Shown piece by piece: positions 38,132 to 47,523 of a stretch of 56,093 bases of DNA (position 1 is its first letter; each line of letters begins with the position of its first letter). The notes under the pieces are model-generated. The model saw only the letters and a program-made list of their open reading frames with translations. It made no database searches and was not told where the DNA came from. Position numbers and translations under genes: made by a program. Location: assembly GCA_035431765.1 (NCBI GenBank), contig DAOMJL010000002.1:1-56093 (forward strand), written 5' to 3'. This DNA is from Spirochaetota bacterium (GTDB lineage Bacteria; Spirochaetota; UBA4802; JAGODF01).

Positions 38132-38180
38132 AAAAAAAGCCTGAAAGCGGGAGACTAATCTCCGCAGCCTTCAGGCTTTT
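38132..38180. terminator. Bidirectional rho-independent terminator between the mini-gene and ino1
   Basis: A7 - AGCCTGAA..GGAGA-CTAA-TCTCC..TTCAGGCT - T4. The outer 8-bp and inner 5-bp stems were read directly. The U7 tract on the minus strand follows the ino1 stop. Confidence 0.75.
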
Positions 38181-38211
38181 GCTGTTTACCTGCCTGTGTG
38201 AATAGTGGCGT

Positions 38212-39531
38212 TTAGTCGTACGATTCAGTCCCCAGATATGTCACAAGGGGCACATCCATGAGCCAGCGCAGCGTGTTTTTCAGTTTCATGAGCTGCACAA
38301 AGAGGTCATGAATCGGCTCTTCGTATTTCTCCATAATAGGGCTCTTCCAGTAAAAGGACAGCCATTCCTGGATACCGTACATTGATGCGCGTTGTGCAAG
38401 ATCATAGAAAAGTACGAGATCCAGCACAATCGGCGCCGCGAGAATTGAGTCCCGGCAGAGGAAGTTGACCTTGATCTGCATCGGGTATCCCAGCCAGCCG
38501 AAAATGTCGATGTTGTCCCAGCCTTCCTTGTTGTCACCGCGGGGCGGGTAATAGTTTATACACACCTTGTGGTAGTACCCTTTGTATAATTCAGGGTAGA
38601 GTTTCGGCTGAAACACCTGGTCAAGAACGGAAAGCTTACTCACTTCCTTTGTCTTGAAGGATTCCGGGTCATCAAGAACTTCACCATCCCTGTTTCCCAG
38701 GATGTTGGTTGAATACCACCCGTCCACCCCGATCATTCTTGCTTTGAGGCCCGGAGCAATGATTGTTTTCATGAGTGTCTGGCCGGTCTTAAAGTCTTTA
38801 CCGCCCACAGGAACTCTCATCTTTTCTATCAGCTCCCGCAATGCCGGTGCGTCCAGACAGTGATTCGGCGCTCCATTGGCAAAGGGAATGCCCGATGAGA
38901 TGGCCGCATACGCGTATATCATGCTTGGTGCGATTGACGTATTGTCCGCTTTCAGCGCTTTTTCGAAATTCTCGAGGGTGTCATGAACGCCGGGGATTGT
39001 CTCCTGGTAAATCTCGGTACTTCCGCACCAGATCATTACCATGCGGCTCAGGTTCTTTTCCTTTTTGAAGTTCTTGATGTCTTCCATGATCATTTGCGCG
39101 AGGTCCCAGTTGGTGGGCGCCTTTTTTACCCAGGTTCCATCAAGTTTTTTTACAAAATTTTTGTTAAAGACGGCCTTCCATGGTTTGATGGCTGAAAGTT
39201 CATCTTTTATGGGGTCCAGATCGGTCTGTTTCAATACACCTGCATTTGTTGCCGCTTCATAGGCGTTGTCTTCGAAAATGTCCCATCCGCCGAACTCCAT
39301 GTCTTTGAGGTCTGCAAGGGGAACAAAGTCATTTATTTTAACGTACTGCGTCTCACCGCCTTTGCCGACCTTGATTTTACCCATTTGTGTGAGCGAGCCG
39401 ATAGGAACATTCAGTCCCCTGCGCACAAGCAGTACGCCGGCTATAAAGGTTGTACTAACGGCTCCAAGGCCGGGTATCAGTACACCGAGTTTGCCTTCGG
39501 GTTTTTTGATCTCAGTGTTTTTTAGTGTCAC
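38212..39531 (-). CDS. ino1: myo-Inositol-1-phosphate (inositol-3-phosphate) synthase
   Basis: 439 aa with the NAD-binding N-terminus GVLIPGLGAVSTTFIAGV, plus FANGAPN, GGKDFKTGQT and a conserved C-terminal block. The start is GTG with GGAG 6 nt upstream. Confidence 0.88.
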   Translation of the reverse strand: MTLKNTEIKKPEGKLGVLIPGLGAVSTTFIAGVLLVRRGLNVPIGSLTQMGKIKVGKGGETQYVKINDFVPLADLKDMEFGGWDIFEDNAYEAATNAGVLKQTDLDPIKDELSAIKPWKAVFNKNFVKKLDGTWVKKAPTNWDLAQMIMEDIKNFKKEKNLSRMVMIWCGSTEIYQETIPGVHDTLENFEKALKADNTSIAPSMIYAYAAISSGIPFANGAPNHCLDAPALRELIEKMRVPVGGKDFKTGQTLMKTIIAPGLKARMIGVDGWYSTNILGNRDGEVLDDPESFKTKEVSKLSVLDQVFQPKLYPELYKGYYHKVCINYYPPRGDNKEGWDNIDIFGWLGYPMQIKVNFLCRDSILAAPIVLDLVLFYDLAQRASMYGIQEWLSFYWKSPIMEKYEEPIHDLFVQLMKLKNTLRWLMDVPLVTYLGTESYD

Positions 39532-39850
39532 GATTTTCTCCTTTTGAAGAACTAGAATTATTTTGTTTTTGAGAGTATTACTTTATCCACAAGAACCTTT
39601 CAGTCCCCCATAATCAATCAGCCATAACAAAAAAGGAATAACAGACGCTATCCCGCATGAAGCAACAGTCTTTATGTGGAGACAAACATGAAATATTTTG
39701 CAACTGTTCAGCGATCATGTTCATGCGGCATGTAAACAAGTACGTAAGCGAGCAGTTGCATTTTTTATTCATATAATACATGAGAAAAGTTACAATATAA
39801 ACGGTATCAGAATAGTCAAGAAAATAATCAAGAAAAAATTTTACTTTTAC

Positions 39851-39880
39851 TTGAATATTTTATTTCGATACTGTATATAT
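39851..39880 (+). promoter_or_regulatory. Candidate promoter TTGAAT-17-TATATA
   Basis: The hexamers were read directly, about 40 nt upstream of ATG 39918. The AT-rich context raises the chance-match risk. Confidence 0.35.
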
Positions 39881-39917
39881 AGGTGCTGAAAAATAGAGCG
39901 TGTTCAGGAATTGCAGG

Positions 39918-40736
39918 ATGGCGATTACAAAAGCGGAAAAAGCTGCATATAATGATTATATCGCGGAATTCAAAAGGGACATCGATGAATCTCTTAAAAA
40001 GATAAAGGATGCGGAACAGAAGATTAAAAAGATGCCCCGGATAGCGCCGTATAAAAAGCTTGAAATGGTGCTGGAGTATCTGAAAATAATTATGCTCTAT
40101 GTGAGTATGAACGATGCGTCAGTTGAGATGCTGCAGATAAAAAAGGAGTCCTCCCTTAATGAGGGACGGAAGAACTTCTACAAAATACTGCAGCTCATGG
40201 AGGAGCTTGTCGGGACAGATGTTGACCGGACTCTCAGCGAAAATGATGATTATCTGATTCAGATCGAGAAGGTCAATCCCCTGCAGATACTCCGTTTGCT
40301 GGAAAGAATAAATCACGTATACTCTACACTTATGGACCGCATGGGAGAAGGGTCCAAGTGGAAGTGGTCCTTTGTCGACATTAAGGGAAGGATTGCCGTG
40401 GTGACGAAAAATATTATTAGTTTTTCCGATACACAGCGCCTGCGGGACCCGAGGTCGGAATATTATGTTGAGCGCCGCGAGTTGATGAGTCTCTGCAAAG
40501 CGAGCCTCAAGGATGCCGCCCAGCAGTTCAGGTCAAAATATGAGCAGTCGACAAAGGCGACGAGCGACCTGCTGAACTCTATTGAGCTGTTGTCAGCGCT
40601 GAGGAAAATACATGTGCTTTTCGGAGAAACCGAAGACGCGAAAAAAATAAAGAACACCATCGATGCTCTCCGCCAGCGTGTTGAAGAAGACGAAAAGCAG
40701 AAAGAGAAGGATGCTGGAAAAGGTAAGAAAAAATAG
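39918..40736 (+). CDS. Hypothetical helical protein with lysine-rich tail
   Basis: The ORF has coding-like composition and begins MAITKAEKAAYNDY... The C-terminus is ...EKQKEKDAGKGKKK. I recognised no family. It lies immediately upstream of the hrcA operon. Confidence 0.65.
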   Translation: MAITKAEKAAYNDYIAEFKRDIDESLKKIKDAEQKIKKMPRIAPYKKLEMVLEYLKIIMLYVSMNDASVEMLQIKKESSLNEGRKNFYKILQLMEELVGTDVDRTLSENDDYLIQIEKVNPLQILRLLERINHVYSTLMDRMGEGSKWKWSFVDIKGRIAVVTKNIISFSDTQRLRDPRSEYYVERRELMSLCKASLKDAAQQFRSKYEQSTKATSDLLNSIELLSALRKIHVLFGETEDAKKIKNTIDALRQRVEEDEKQKEKDAGKGKKK

Positions 40737-40786
40737 AAAAACCCCTCGAAATACCCGCAAAAAACATACAATTTTATTTATTTGAC

Positions 40787-40815
40787 TTGACGATTGGTTT
40801 CTGTTTTTGTAAATT
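40787..40815 (+). promoter_or_regulatory. Candidate hrcA-operon promoter TTGACG-17-TAAATT
   Basis: The hexamers were read directly. The -10 ends 2 nt before the CIRCE element. Confidence 0.55.
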
Positions 40816-40816
40816 A

Positions 40817-40843
40817 TTAGCACTCAGCAGTGTGGAGTGCTAA
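40817..40843 (+). promoter_or_regulatory. CIRCE operator (HrcA binding site)
   Basis: TTAGCACTC-agcagtgtg-GAGTGCTAA is an exact match to the consensus TTAGCACTC-N9-GAGTGCTAA. Confidence 0.95.
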
Positions 40844-40860
40844 TAAGAATTGGTGGTGGT

Positions 40861-41916
40861 ATGAAATTCACCGAACAGGATGAAAGAAAACTGCATGAAC
40901 GGGAAGCTGCGGTTTTAAGGGCAGTTGTTTTTGAGTTTATAACAAAAGGAAAGCCTATAGGGTCGCGTTCTTTTGTGCAGAAATATTCCTTTTCAGTGTC
41001 ACCTGCGACAATGAGAAATATCATGTTTGACCTCGAGTCCATGGGATATTTAAAGCAGCCTCACACGTCTGCCGGAAGAATACCAACCGACAAAGGATAC
41101 AGGTTCTATGTGGACTCGCTTCTTGATTCCTATGAATTTGTTACGAAAGAACAGATTAAGGTCAGAGAGGAGCTTCTCAGAAAGGAAGTGCAGTTAGACA
41201 AGATGTTTTCTTCCATTTCGAAAATGCTTTCCCTTGTTTCCCGTTATGCGGGAGTTGTTCTGACCCCGAAGCCTGATTTTACCGTGGTAAAGCATATTGA
41301 CCTGGTGCCCCTTGACAACAATGAAATTCTCTTTCTGCTAATAACGAGGACTGGTGTAATCCTCACCAGGCGTGTGAGCGTGTCTGCCAATCTTATTCAG
41401 GATGAGCTGTATCAGCACTCAAAATATTTAACCGGTGAACTGTGCGGGTATTCCCTTTTTGAGATCAGAAAGGATGTGTTCGAAAGGCTCAGGTCAGAGA
41501 CGATGAACGATCACAACAAGGAGATGGCCCTTGATATCGCCCAGCTGGCTCTTGCGGAGACTGACGATACGGATCTCTTCGTTGACGGTATTGAAAACCT
41601 GCTCCATATTCCTGAAATGGTGGAGAAGGACCAGCTGAAAAGCCTTCTTCGTCTCATAGAAGAAAAACGTCTCCTCAAGGGGATTATGGAAAAAAATCTT
41701 GTCAATGAAGGTATCAATACCTTCATTGGCGAGGAAATTGAGGGAGCCGATGTTTCGGGGTGCAGCATCGTCACATCGTCCTATAAAATTGGAAATAAAA
41801 CTGTCGGTGTCCTGGGAATCATAGGGCCGACACGTATGGATTATGAGAAAATTGTCCCCCTTGTGGACTATACCGGTAAAGTCGTGAGTGACTTTCTCAC
41901 GAAGATGTCCAAGTAA
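40861..41916 (+). CDS. hrcA: Heat-inducible transcription repressor HrcA
   Basis: The N-terminal winged helix is ERKLHEREAAVLRAVVFEFITKGKPIGSRSF. The length is about 350 aa. The gene follows CIRCE and precedes grpE. Confidence 0.93.
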   Translation: MKFTEQDERKLHEREAAVLRAVVFEFITKGKPIGSRSFVQKYSFSVSPATMRNIMFDLESMGYLKQPHTSAGRIPTDKGYRFYVDSLLDSYEFVTKEQIKVREELLRKEVQLDKMFSSISKMLSLVSRYAGVVLTPKPDFTVVKHIDLVPLDNNEILFLLITRTGVILTRRVSVSANLIQDELYQHSKYLTGELCGYSLFEIRKDVFERLRSETMNDHNKEMALDIAQLALAETDDTDLFVDGIENLLHIPEMVEKDQLKSLLRLIEEKRLLKGIMEKNLVNEGINTFIGEEIEGADVSGCSIVTSSYKIGNKTVGVLGIIGPTRMDYEKIVPLVDYTGKVVSDFLTKMSK

Positions 41917-42003
41917 ATGAAAGGGACCGTTGTTACGTAATGACTGTCCGGACCGGAGAATAACTCTGCCAATATTTTTGATCTACTGTGTGGAGGTTGT
42001 ATC

Positions 42004-42828
42004 GTGGTACGATTCGGTGAACACGAAGAAAAGCAGGAAGTAACTCCTGATGGAACTGTGTCTTCCGGTAGTGCTGAAGGGACTGAAAGCCGGGAAGACT
42101 CCGGTGAAGTTGCAGCGGACGTGCTGAAAAATAACGAAAGAGGTGAAAGGGATTTGGGTAAAGATAAAAGTACCGATAACACAGAAATGGAAAAAAAGAA
42201 GGACAAAGCCGAAGAGAAGGTGAGCGCGAAGGAGGAGACTCCTGATTCTTTGAAAAAGAAACTTGCCCAGGCGGAGACTGATATCGAAAAAAAGGATCAG
42301 GAGATTGCTGATCTGAAAGACCTCCTGCTGAGACGGCAGGCTGATTTTGAGAATTATAAAAAAAGGATGGCAAAAACACTTGACGATTTCAAGAAACTCG
42401 CGATCAAGGATTTTGCCCTTGATGTTATTGTCATCAATGATGATCTTCTGCGGGCTATTGAGGCTTCATCAACAGTGAAAACAGGTGAATCACCGGAACA
42501 GTGTCACAATTCCTTTGTTGACGGTGTTTCGATGATTTCGAAAATGATCGAAGAAATGCTGAAAAAATACAGTATTGTCGAGATCGATTCATTGAACCAG
42601 TCTTTTGATCCTCAGTGTAACGAGGCAGTCGAAGTAGTCATGAGCAATGAAGTACATGAGGATACCATAACGAAAATTTATCAGAAAGGTTTTAAGCTGG
42701 ATGATCTTGTGGTGCGCAGTGCAAAGGTCCAGGTGGCTCGTCCTGTATCCCCGGGTGAGAACAGCAAGACTGATGACGGAAACGGCAGCGGCAGCGATGG
42801 AAGAGAGGCGCAGGAAATTGTGAATTAG
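42004..42828 (+). CDS. grpE: Nucleotide exchange factor GrpE (long acidic N-terminal extension)
   Basis: The GrpE core is LLRRQADFENYKKRM...FDPQCNEAV. The start is GTG with GGAGG 7 nt upstream. Confidence 0.92.
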   Translation: MVRFGEHEEKQEVTPDGTVSSGSAEGTESREDSGEVAADVLKNNERGERDLGKDKSTDNTEMEKKKDKAEEKVSAKEETPDSLKKKLAQAETDIEKKDQEIADLKDLLLRRQADFENYKKRMAKTLDDFKKLAIKDFALDVIVINDDLLRAIEASSTVKTGESPEQCHNSFVDGVSMISKMIEEMLKKYSIVEIDSLNQSFDPQCNEAVEVVMSNEVHEDTITKIYQKGFKLDDLVVRSAKVQVARPVSPGENSKTDDGNGSGSDGREAQEIVN

Positions 42829-42913
42829 GCTGTTGCCTGTTCACCATGATGACCTGTGTTACACTATATATTTATTTTGAAATATCAAATTTTTTTAATA
42901 CAAGGAGTATTAT

Positions 42914-44857
42914 ATGAGCGGTAAAATAATTGGAATAGATTTAGGTACCACTAATTCCTGCGTCTCTGTTATGACGGGAGGGGAGCCGATTGTTATCCAG
43001 AATTCTGAAGGTCAGCGGACAACACCTTCGATTGTGGCGTTCACCGATAAAGGGGAACGGCTTGTCGGCCAGGTGGCGAAAAACCAGATTATAACAAATC
43101 CGGAGAACACTATAAGGTCTATTAAGCGGTTCATGGGACGGTCTTTTTCTGAAATACAATCAGAGATAAAGATGGTGCCGTATAATGTTGTTGATGACGG
43201 GAAAAACGGAGTAAAAGTAAAGACAAGCGCAGGGGAATTCACTCCTCAGGAATTATCAGCCAGAGTGCTTCAGAAAATGAAACAGACGGCGGAAGATTTT
43301 CTCGGAGAAAAAGTCACCAGAGCGGTCATTACGGTTCCTGCGTATTTTAACGATGCCCAGCGGCAGGCGACAAAGGACGCAGGGCGGATCGCCGGTCTGG
43401 AGGTTGAGCGTATTATCAACGAGCCAACCGCGGCATCACTCGCGTATGGCCTTGATAAAAAGGGAAAGAATGAAAAGATAGCAGTTTATGACCTCGGCGG
43501 GGGCACCTTTGATGTTTCCATTCTTGAACTGGGAGAGGGTGTTTTTGAAGTAAAATCAACAAACGGGAATACCCACCTCGGAGGGGACGATTTCGACCAG
43601 CGTATCATGATGTGGCTTATTGATGAATTTAAAAAACAGACGGGTATTGATGTATCAGGTGACAAAATGGCGCTTCAGCGGTTAAAAGAAGCTGCGGAGA
43701 AGGCAAAGATCGAGCTTTCCAGTAAAATGCAGACGGAAGTGAATATTCCGTTCCTCACTGCAGACCAGAATGGGCCGAAACACCTTATCATCACCTTTAC
43801 GAGGTCGAAGTTTGAGCAGCTGGTTGAGGATCTTATTGAATCAACAAAACAGCCCTGCATGAGTGCCCTGGATGACGCAGGTCTGACTCCCGGAGATATT
43901 GACGAAGTTATCCTTGTGGGGGGATCAACCAGAATTCCTTCAGTGCAGGAACTTGTGAAGCGCATTTTCGGGAAAGATCCCCATAAGGGAGTTAATCCTG
44001 ATGAAGTCGTTGCCATTGGAGCCGCAATTCAGGGTGGCGTTCTTTCCGGTGATGTCCATGATGTGCTTCTCCTCGATGTTACGCCCCTTTCGCTGGGAAT
44101 CGAAACACTGGGGAGCGTCATGACGAAACTCATTGAACGGAACACGACGATCCCGACAAAGAAGAGTCAGATATTTTCAACCGCCACAGATAATCAGCCG
44201 GCGGTTTCAATACATGTTCTTCAGGGAGAGCGCGAACTTGCTTCCCAGAACAGGACGCTGGGGAGATTTGACCTTGTGGGCATTCCTCCCGCACCGAGAG
44301 GGGTTCCGCAGATTGAGGTGACCTTTGATATTGACGCGAACGGAATTGTTCATGTTTCAGCAAAAGATCTTGGTACCGGGAAGGAGCAGAAAATCAGGAT
44401 TGAGTCCTCAAGCGGTCTTTCAGAAGATGAAATCAGCAACATGGTAAGAGATGCGGAAACTCATGCCGATGAAGATAAAAAACTTCGGGAAGCAATAGAA
44501 GCGCGCAATGAATCCGACACGCTTATCTATTCCATCGAAAAAATGATGAAGGATAATGATTCCAAGATAGAAGCCGGTGAACGGCAGGCAATTGAGAGTG
44601 CTGTGGCAGAACTGAAAAAAGCCATGGAATCCGATGATGTAAATGCGATCAGACAGGCGAAGGGAAACCTGGAACAGGCATCACATAAGTTCGCAGAGAG
44701 GATATATCAGGAGTCTGCACAGCAGCAGGGAGGTCCAGCGCAGGGCGGCCCGGAGCAACAGCATGGGCAGGGCGCTCAGGAGCAGCAGGGTGCGGGACGG
44801 CAGGAGAATGTGTATGACGCTGATTACGAAGTCGTGGATGATGATAATCAGAAATAA
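42914..44857 (+). CDS. dnaK: Molecular chaperone DnaK (Hsp70)
   Basis: Motifs are [31 protein letters not shown] and a C-terminal EVVDDD-type tail. AAGGAG is the SD. Confidence 0.98.
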   Translation: MSGKIIGIDLGTTNSCVSVMTGGEPIVIQNSEGQRTTPSIVAFTDKGERLVGQVAKNQIITNPENTIRSIKRFMGRSFSEIQSEIKMVPYNVVDDGKNGVKVKTSAGEFTPQELSARVLQKMKQTAEDFLGEKVTRAVITVPAYFNDAQRQATKDAGRIAGLEVERIINEPTAASLAYGLDKKGKNEKIAVYDLGGGTFDVSILELGEGVFEVKSTNGNTHLGGDDFDQRIMMWLIDEFKKQTGIDVSGDKMALQRLKEAAEKAKIELSSKMQTEVNIPFLTADQNGPKHLIITFTRSKFEQLVEDLIESTKQPCMSALDDAGLTPGDIDEVILVGGSTRIPSVQELVKRIFGKDPHKGVNPDEVVAIGAAIQGGVLSGDVHDVLLLDVTPLSLGIETLGSVMTKLIERNTTIPTKKSQIFSTATDNQPAVSIHVLQGERELASQNRTLGRFDLVGIPPAPRGVPQIEVTFDIDANGIVHVSAKDLGTGKEQKIRIESSSGLSEDEISNMVRDAETHADEDKKLREAIEARNESDTLIYSIEKMMKDNDSKIEAGERQAIESAVAELKKAMESDDVNAIRQAKGNLEQASHKFAERIYQESAQQQGGPAQGGPEQQHGQGAQEQQGAGRQENVYDADYEVVDDDNQK

Positions 44858-44936
44858 ATCACTCCATTCTTTGTGGAAAGTGCCAGGGAAAATATGTATC
44901 TATATGGATAATATGGCGTATGGCTGCAATGTGGTA

Positions 44937-44972
44937 AAATTCTCTCCTGTGCGGTTTACCGGGAGAGAATTT
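44937..44972 (+). other. Stem-loop in the dnaK-dnaJ spacer
   Basis: AAATTCTCTCC (44937-44947) pairs with GGAGAGAATTT (44962-44972), giving an 11-bp stem and a 14-nt loop. Confidence 0.6.
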
Positions 44973-45040
44973 ATTATGTGGGCCCAATAGTATGGTATTG
45001 TGTAATTTTGAGTGTTGCTGCAGGATGGAAGAGGGTTAAA

Positions 45041-46156
45041 TTGGCTAACAAAAGGGATTATTATGAAGTTTTGGGCGTTCAAAAGAGTGCGCCGGAAGAT
45101 GAAATAAAACAGGCATATAGAAAACTGGCGCTAAAATATCATCCCGACCGAAACCGGGGGAATGCCGAGGCAGAGGAAAAATTCAAGGAAGCGACTGAAG
45201 CTTACGAGGTCCTTCGGGACCCGAAGAAACGCGCACAGTACGATAAGTTCGGTCACGAAGGTGTGGCTGGTTTTGAAGGCTTTGGCCGCGGCGCCTATTC
45301 GGATTTTTCTGATATTTTCGGTGATTTCGATCTGGGCGATATCTTCGAGGGTTTTTTTGGAGCAGGTTTCAGCGGCGGCGGTGGCAGAAAAAAGGCACGG
45401 CGTGGAGCGGATATCCAGTATGATCTCACCATTACCCTTGAGGAGGCTGCGTCCGGGAAGGAAGTACAGATTGAAGTTCCCCGGCATGAGACATGTTCAA
45501 CCTGCAATGGCGCGGGAACATCAGCCGGCACCAAACCTTCTGTATGCCCGGTATGTAACGGCGCGGGACAGATTCGGCAGACCCAGGGATTTTTCTCAAT
45601 TTCCCAGACCTGTTATAAGTGCCGGGGAGCTGGAAAGATTATCACCAATCCCTGCAAGACATGCGGCGGAAACGGCCTGGAAGTCAAGACACGGAAAATC
45701 ACGGTGAAAATTCCTGCCGGAGTTGAATCTGGCTCACGGCTGAAGATAAGCGGAGAAGGGGAACAGGGACCCGGAGGTGGTGTTCGTGGAGACCTGTATG
45801 TATTTATCCATATTAAAAAGCATCAGGTATTCGAACGCCACGGCAACGATATCCTGAATATCATTGATATATCATTCCCCCTTGCCTGTCTCGGCGGGGA
45901 AATTGAAGTGCCTACGATTATGGGTAAAAAGGCGAAAATGAAAATTCCGCCCGGAACAGATAATGGACATATTTTCAGGATGAAGGGCAATGGGATACCC
46001 TATCTCGGTTCTTATGGGCGGGGGGATCAGCTCGTGAAGGTCAATATCTATGTGCCCAAAAAGCTCACTCCGCGCCAAAAGGAACTGCTGAAGGAGTTCT
46101 CACAGATTGACGAGGAAAAAGTGGGATCAGCGAAGAGGCAGTTTTATTCAGAATAA
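45041..46156 (+). CDS. dnaJ: Co-chaperone DnaJ
   Basis: The J-domain is DYYEVLGV...KYHPDRN, followed by a G/F region and four CxxCxGxG zinc motifs. A TTG start at 45041 gives the canonical [13 protein letters not shown]-terminus, with GGAAGAGGG upstream. The track's ATG 44978 extension is non-homologous. Confidence 0.95.
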   Translation: MANKRDYYEVLGVQKSAPEDEIKQAYRKLALKYHPDRNRGNAEAEEKFKEATEAYEVLRDPKKRAQYDKFGHEGVAGFEGFGRGAYSDFSDIFGDFDLGDIFEGFFGAGFSGGGGRKKARRGADIQYDLTITLEEAASGKEVQIEVPRHETCSTCNGAGTSAGTKPSVCPVCNGAGQIRQTQGFFSISQTCYKCRGAGKIITNPCKTCGGNGLEVKTRKITVKIPAGVESGSRLKISGEGEQGPGGGVRGDLYVFIHIKKHQVFERHGNDILNIIDISFPLACLGGEIEVPTIMGKKAKMKIPPGTDNGHIFRMKGNGIPYLGSYGRGDQLVKVNIYVPKKLTPRQKELLKEFSQIDEEKVGSAKRQFYSE

Positions 46157-46169
46157 TATTTATGGTTAT

Positions 46170-46209
46170 GAACAGCGCAGTCCTTCAGGGACTGCGCTGT
46201 TCATTTATT
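46170..46209 (+). terminator. Rho-independent terminator after dnaJ
   Basis: There is a perfect 14-bp stem, GAACAGCGCAGTCC / GGACTGCGCTGTTC, with a 5-nt loop, followed by ATTTATT. Confidence 0.8.
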
Positions 46210-46259
46210 CAGAGTTCTATCAAACAGAGCCTTAAAAAGCATGAAGCGTGAGTAGTATA

Positions 46260-47180
46260 TCATGATAACGGATACAACTTCTCAAGGATATATGCCGCTC
46301 CCAGAAGCGACTGTGTCAGGAGAATAAAGATCACATTACTGCCCAGGGATGGAACCAGCCTGCTCATATCACCGTATTCTTTTGATCCCTGCATCGCTTT
46401 TATGGCAAAGGGCAATGCCAGCAGCGTTATCAGGCTGTACACCGGCATGACAAGGATTCCTGATACAACAGTAGCCAGTACGCACCCGGCTATCCATAAA
46501 TAGACAGATATCGTCGCTGCTCTGAAAAGGGTCCCGGCGGTTTCCATGCCGAACAGAACAGGGGTCGTTTTTCTGCCGCCCTTCCTGTCAGCCTCCACAT
46601 CGGGAAATTCGTTCAGCAGGAGAAGGTTGTGTACCAGTATGCCGCTTGGAACCGAGGCGATCAGGACCATCCAGTCATATCTGCCTGTCTGCACGAAATA
46701 GAGTCCCAGCAGCGGCAGTATCCCCAGACCCAGTCCCGGGGACCACTCGGGCCAGGGGGTTTTTAAAATTACGGGTGTATATAACACCAGGCACAGCGCA
46801 GCCACAACTAACAGCGGTATCAGCAGCCATCCTGTTTCGATTACAAAATAAATACCTATTGCCAGTGCCACCAGTGAGGTGACAACTCCCACCATAAGCG
46901 CCTGTTTCAACGGGAGTTTCCCTTCGGGAACAAGGCCGCTTCCGCCGCTGAAAGGAGTTCTCGTGACCTCCAGATCAATTCCGCTTTTATAATCGAAATA
47001 ATCGTTAATCGCGTTAACGCTGCCGTGGGTCAACACCAGGCCGAAACCGGCAAGGAGTGCATGGAATAAGTTGAAGGACCCGTAGTACCATGCAATTGAT
47101 GTTCCAAGAAAAGTAAGGACAACTGAGAGAAACAGAAACTGGGGCCTGGTTTCCCTGATCCATAGAATTAGTTTTTTCAT
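46260..47180 (-). CDS. UbiA-family prenyltransferase (MenA-like)
   Basis: There are about 9 TM helices. The first Asp-rich motif is NAINDYFDYKSGID and a second region is NEFPDVEADRKGG. Confidence 0.82.
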   Translation of the reverse strand: MKKLILWIRETRPQFLFLSVVLTFLGTSIAWYYGSFNLFHALLAGFGLVLTHGSVNAINDYFDYKSGIDLEVTRTPFSGGSGLVPEGKLPLKQALMVGVVTSLVALAIGIYFVIETGWLLIPLLVVAALCLVLYTPVILKTPWPEWSPGLGLGILPLLGLYFVQTGRYDWMVLIASVPSGILVHNLLLLNEFPDVEADRKGGRKTTPVLFGMETAGTLFRAATISVYLWIAGCVLATVVSGILVMPVYSLITLLALPFAIKAMQGSKEYGDMSRLVPSLGSNVIFILLTQSLLGAAYILEKLYPLS

Positions 47181-47523
47181 AATAACCGTTGTTAGTAAAA
47201 AAAATTGCTGTTATTTTAATAGATATATTTCTCTCCCTGACTGCAAACATTTTTTTTATTAATGAAAATATTTGTGAATTGACTCGCCGCCATAATGTCC
47301 GGGTCATGCTCCGGCATAGACCGGGGCGGCGAAAAGTGCTGATGCTGAAAAAGAGGTGAAAATTGCAGGTGTTGGTGCAGTTCAGATGTAAGCAATATCT
47401 GAATTTCATGGTTTTTGGAAGTACCCCAAAAAATATTCGGGAATGATTTGACAGATGCATACGGGAAGGGTATGTAGTGTCGTAATGATGTAACCATTCC
47501 GGACACCCTGTGCCTGATATACT

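Noticed and set aside
39698-39889. 63-aa plus-strand ORF in the ino1 / hypothetical-gene spacer
   Set aside because: The sequence is extremely AT-rich, the peptide is K/I/F/Y-rich with no SD, and the ORF covers the promoter-like TTGAAT-17-TATATA site. It is most likely non-coding.
47281-47345. Fluoride (crcB-motif) riboswitch resemblance (tcgccgccataa..., gctgatgctg)
   Set aside because: The 5' GGCGATG pairing partner and the conserved pseudoknot and terminal CCUAC-type segment are absent. It is kept only as an unclassified structure in the findings.
47216-47506. 96-aa and 148-aa minus-strand ORFs (the latter at 47014-47460) in and around the ubiA upstream spacer
   Set aside because: They have no SD and odd composition, and they overlap the ubiA 5' end or the structured island. 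They are more plausibly intergenic.
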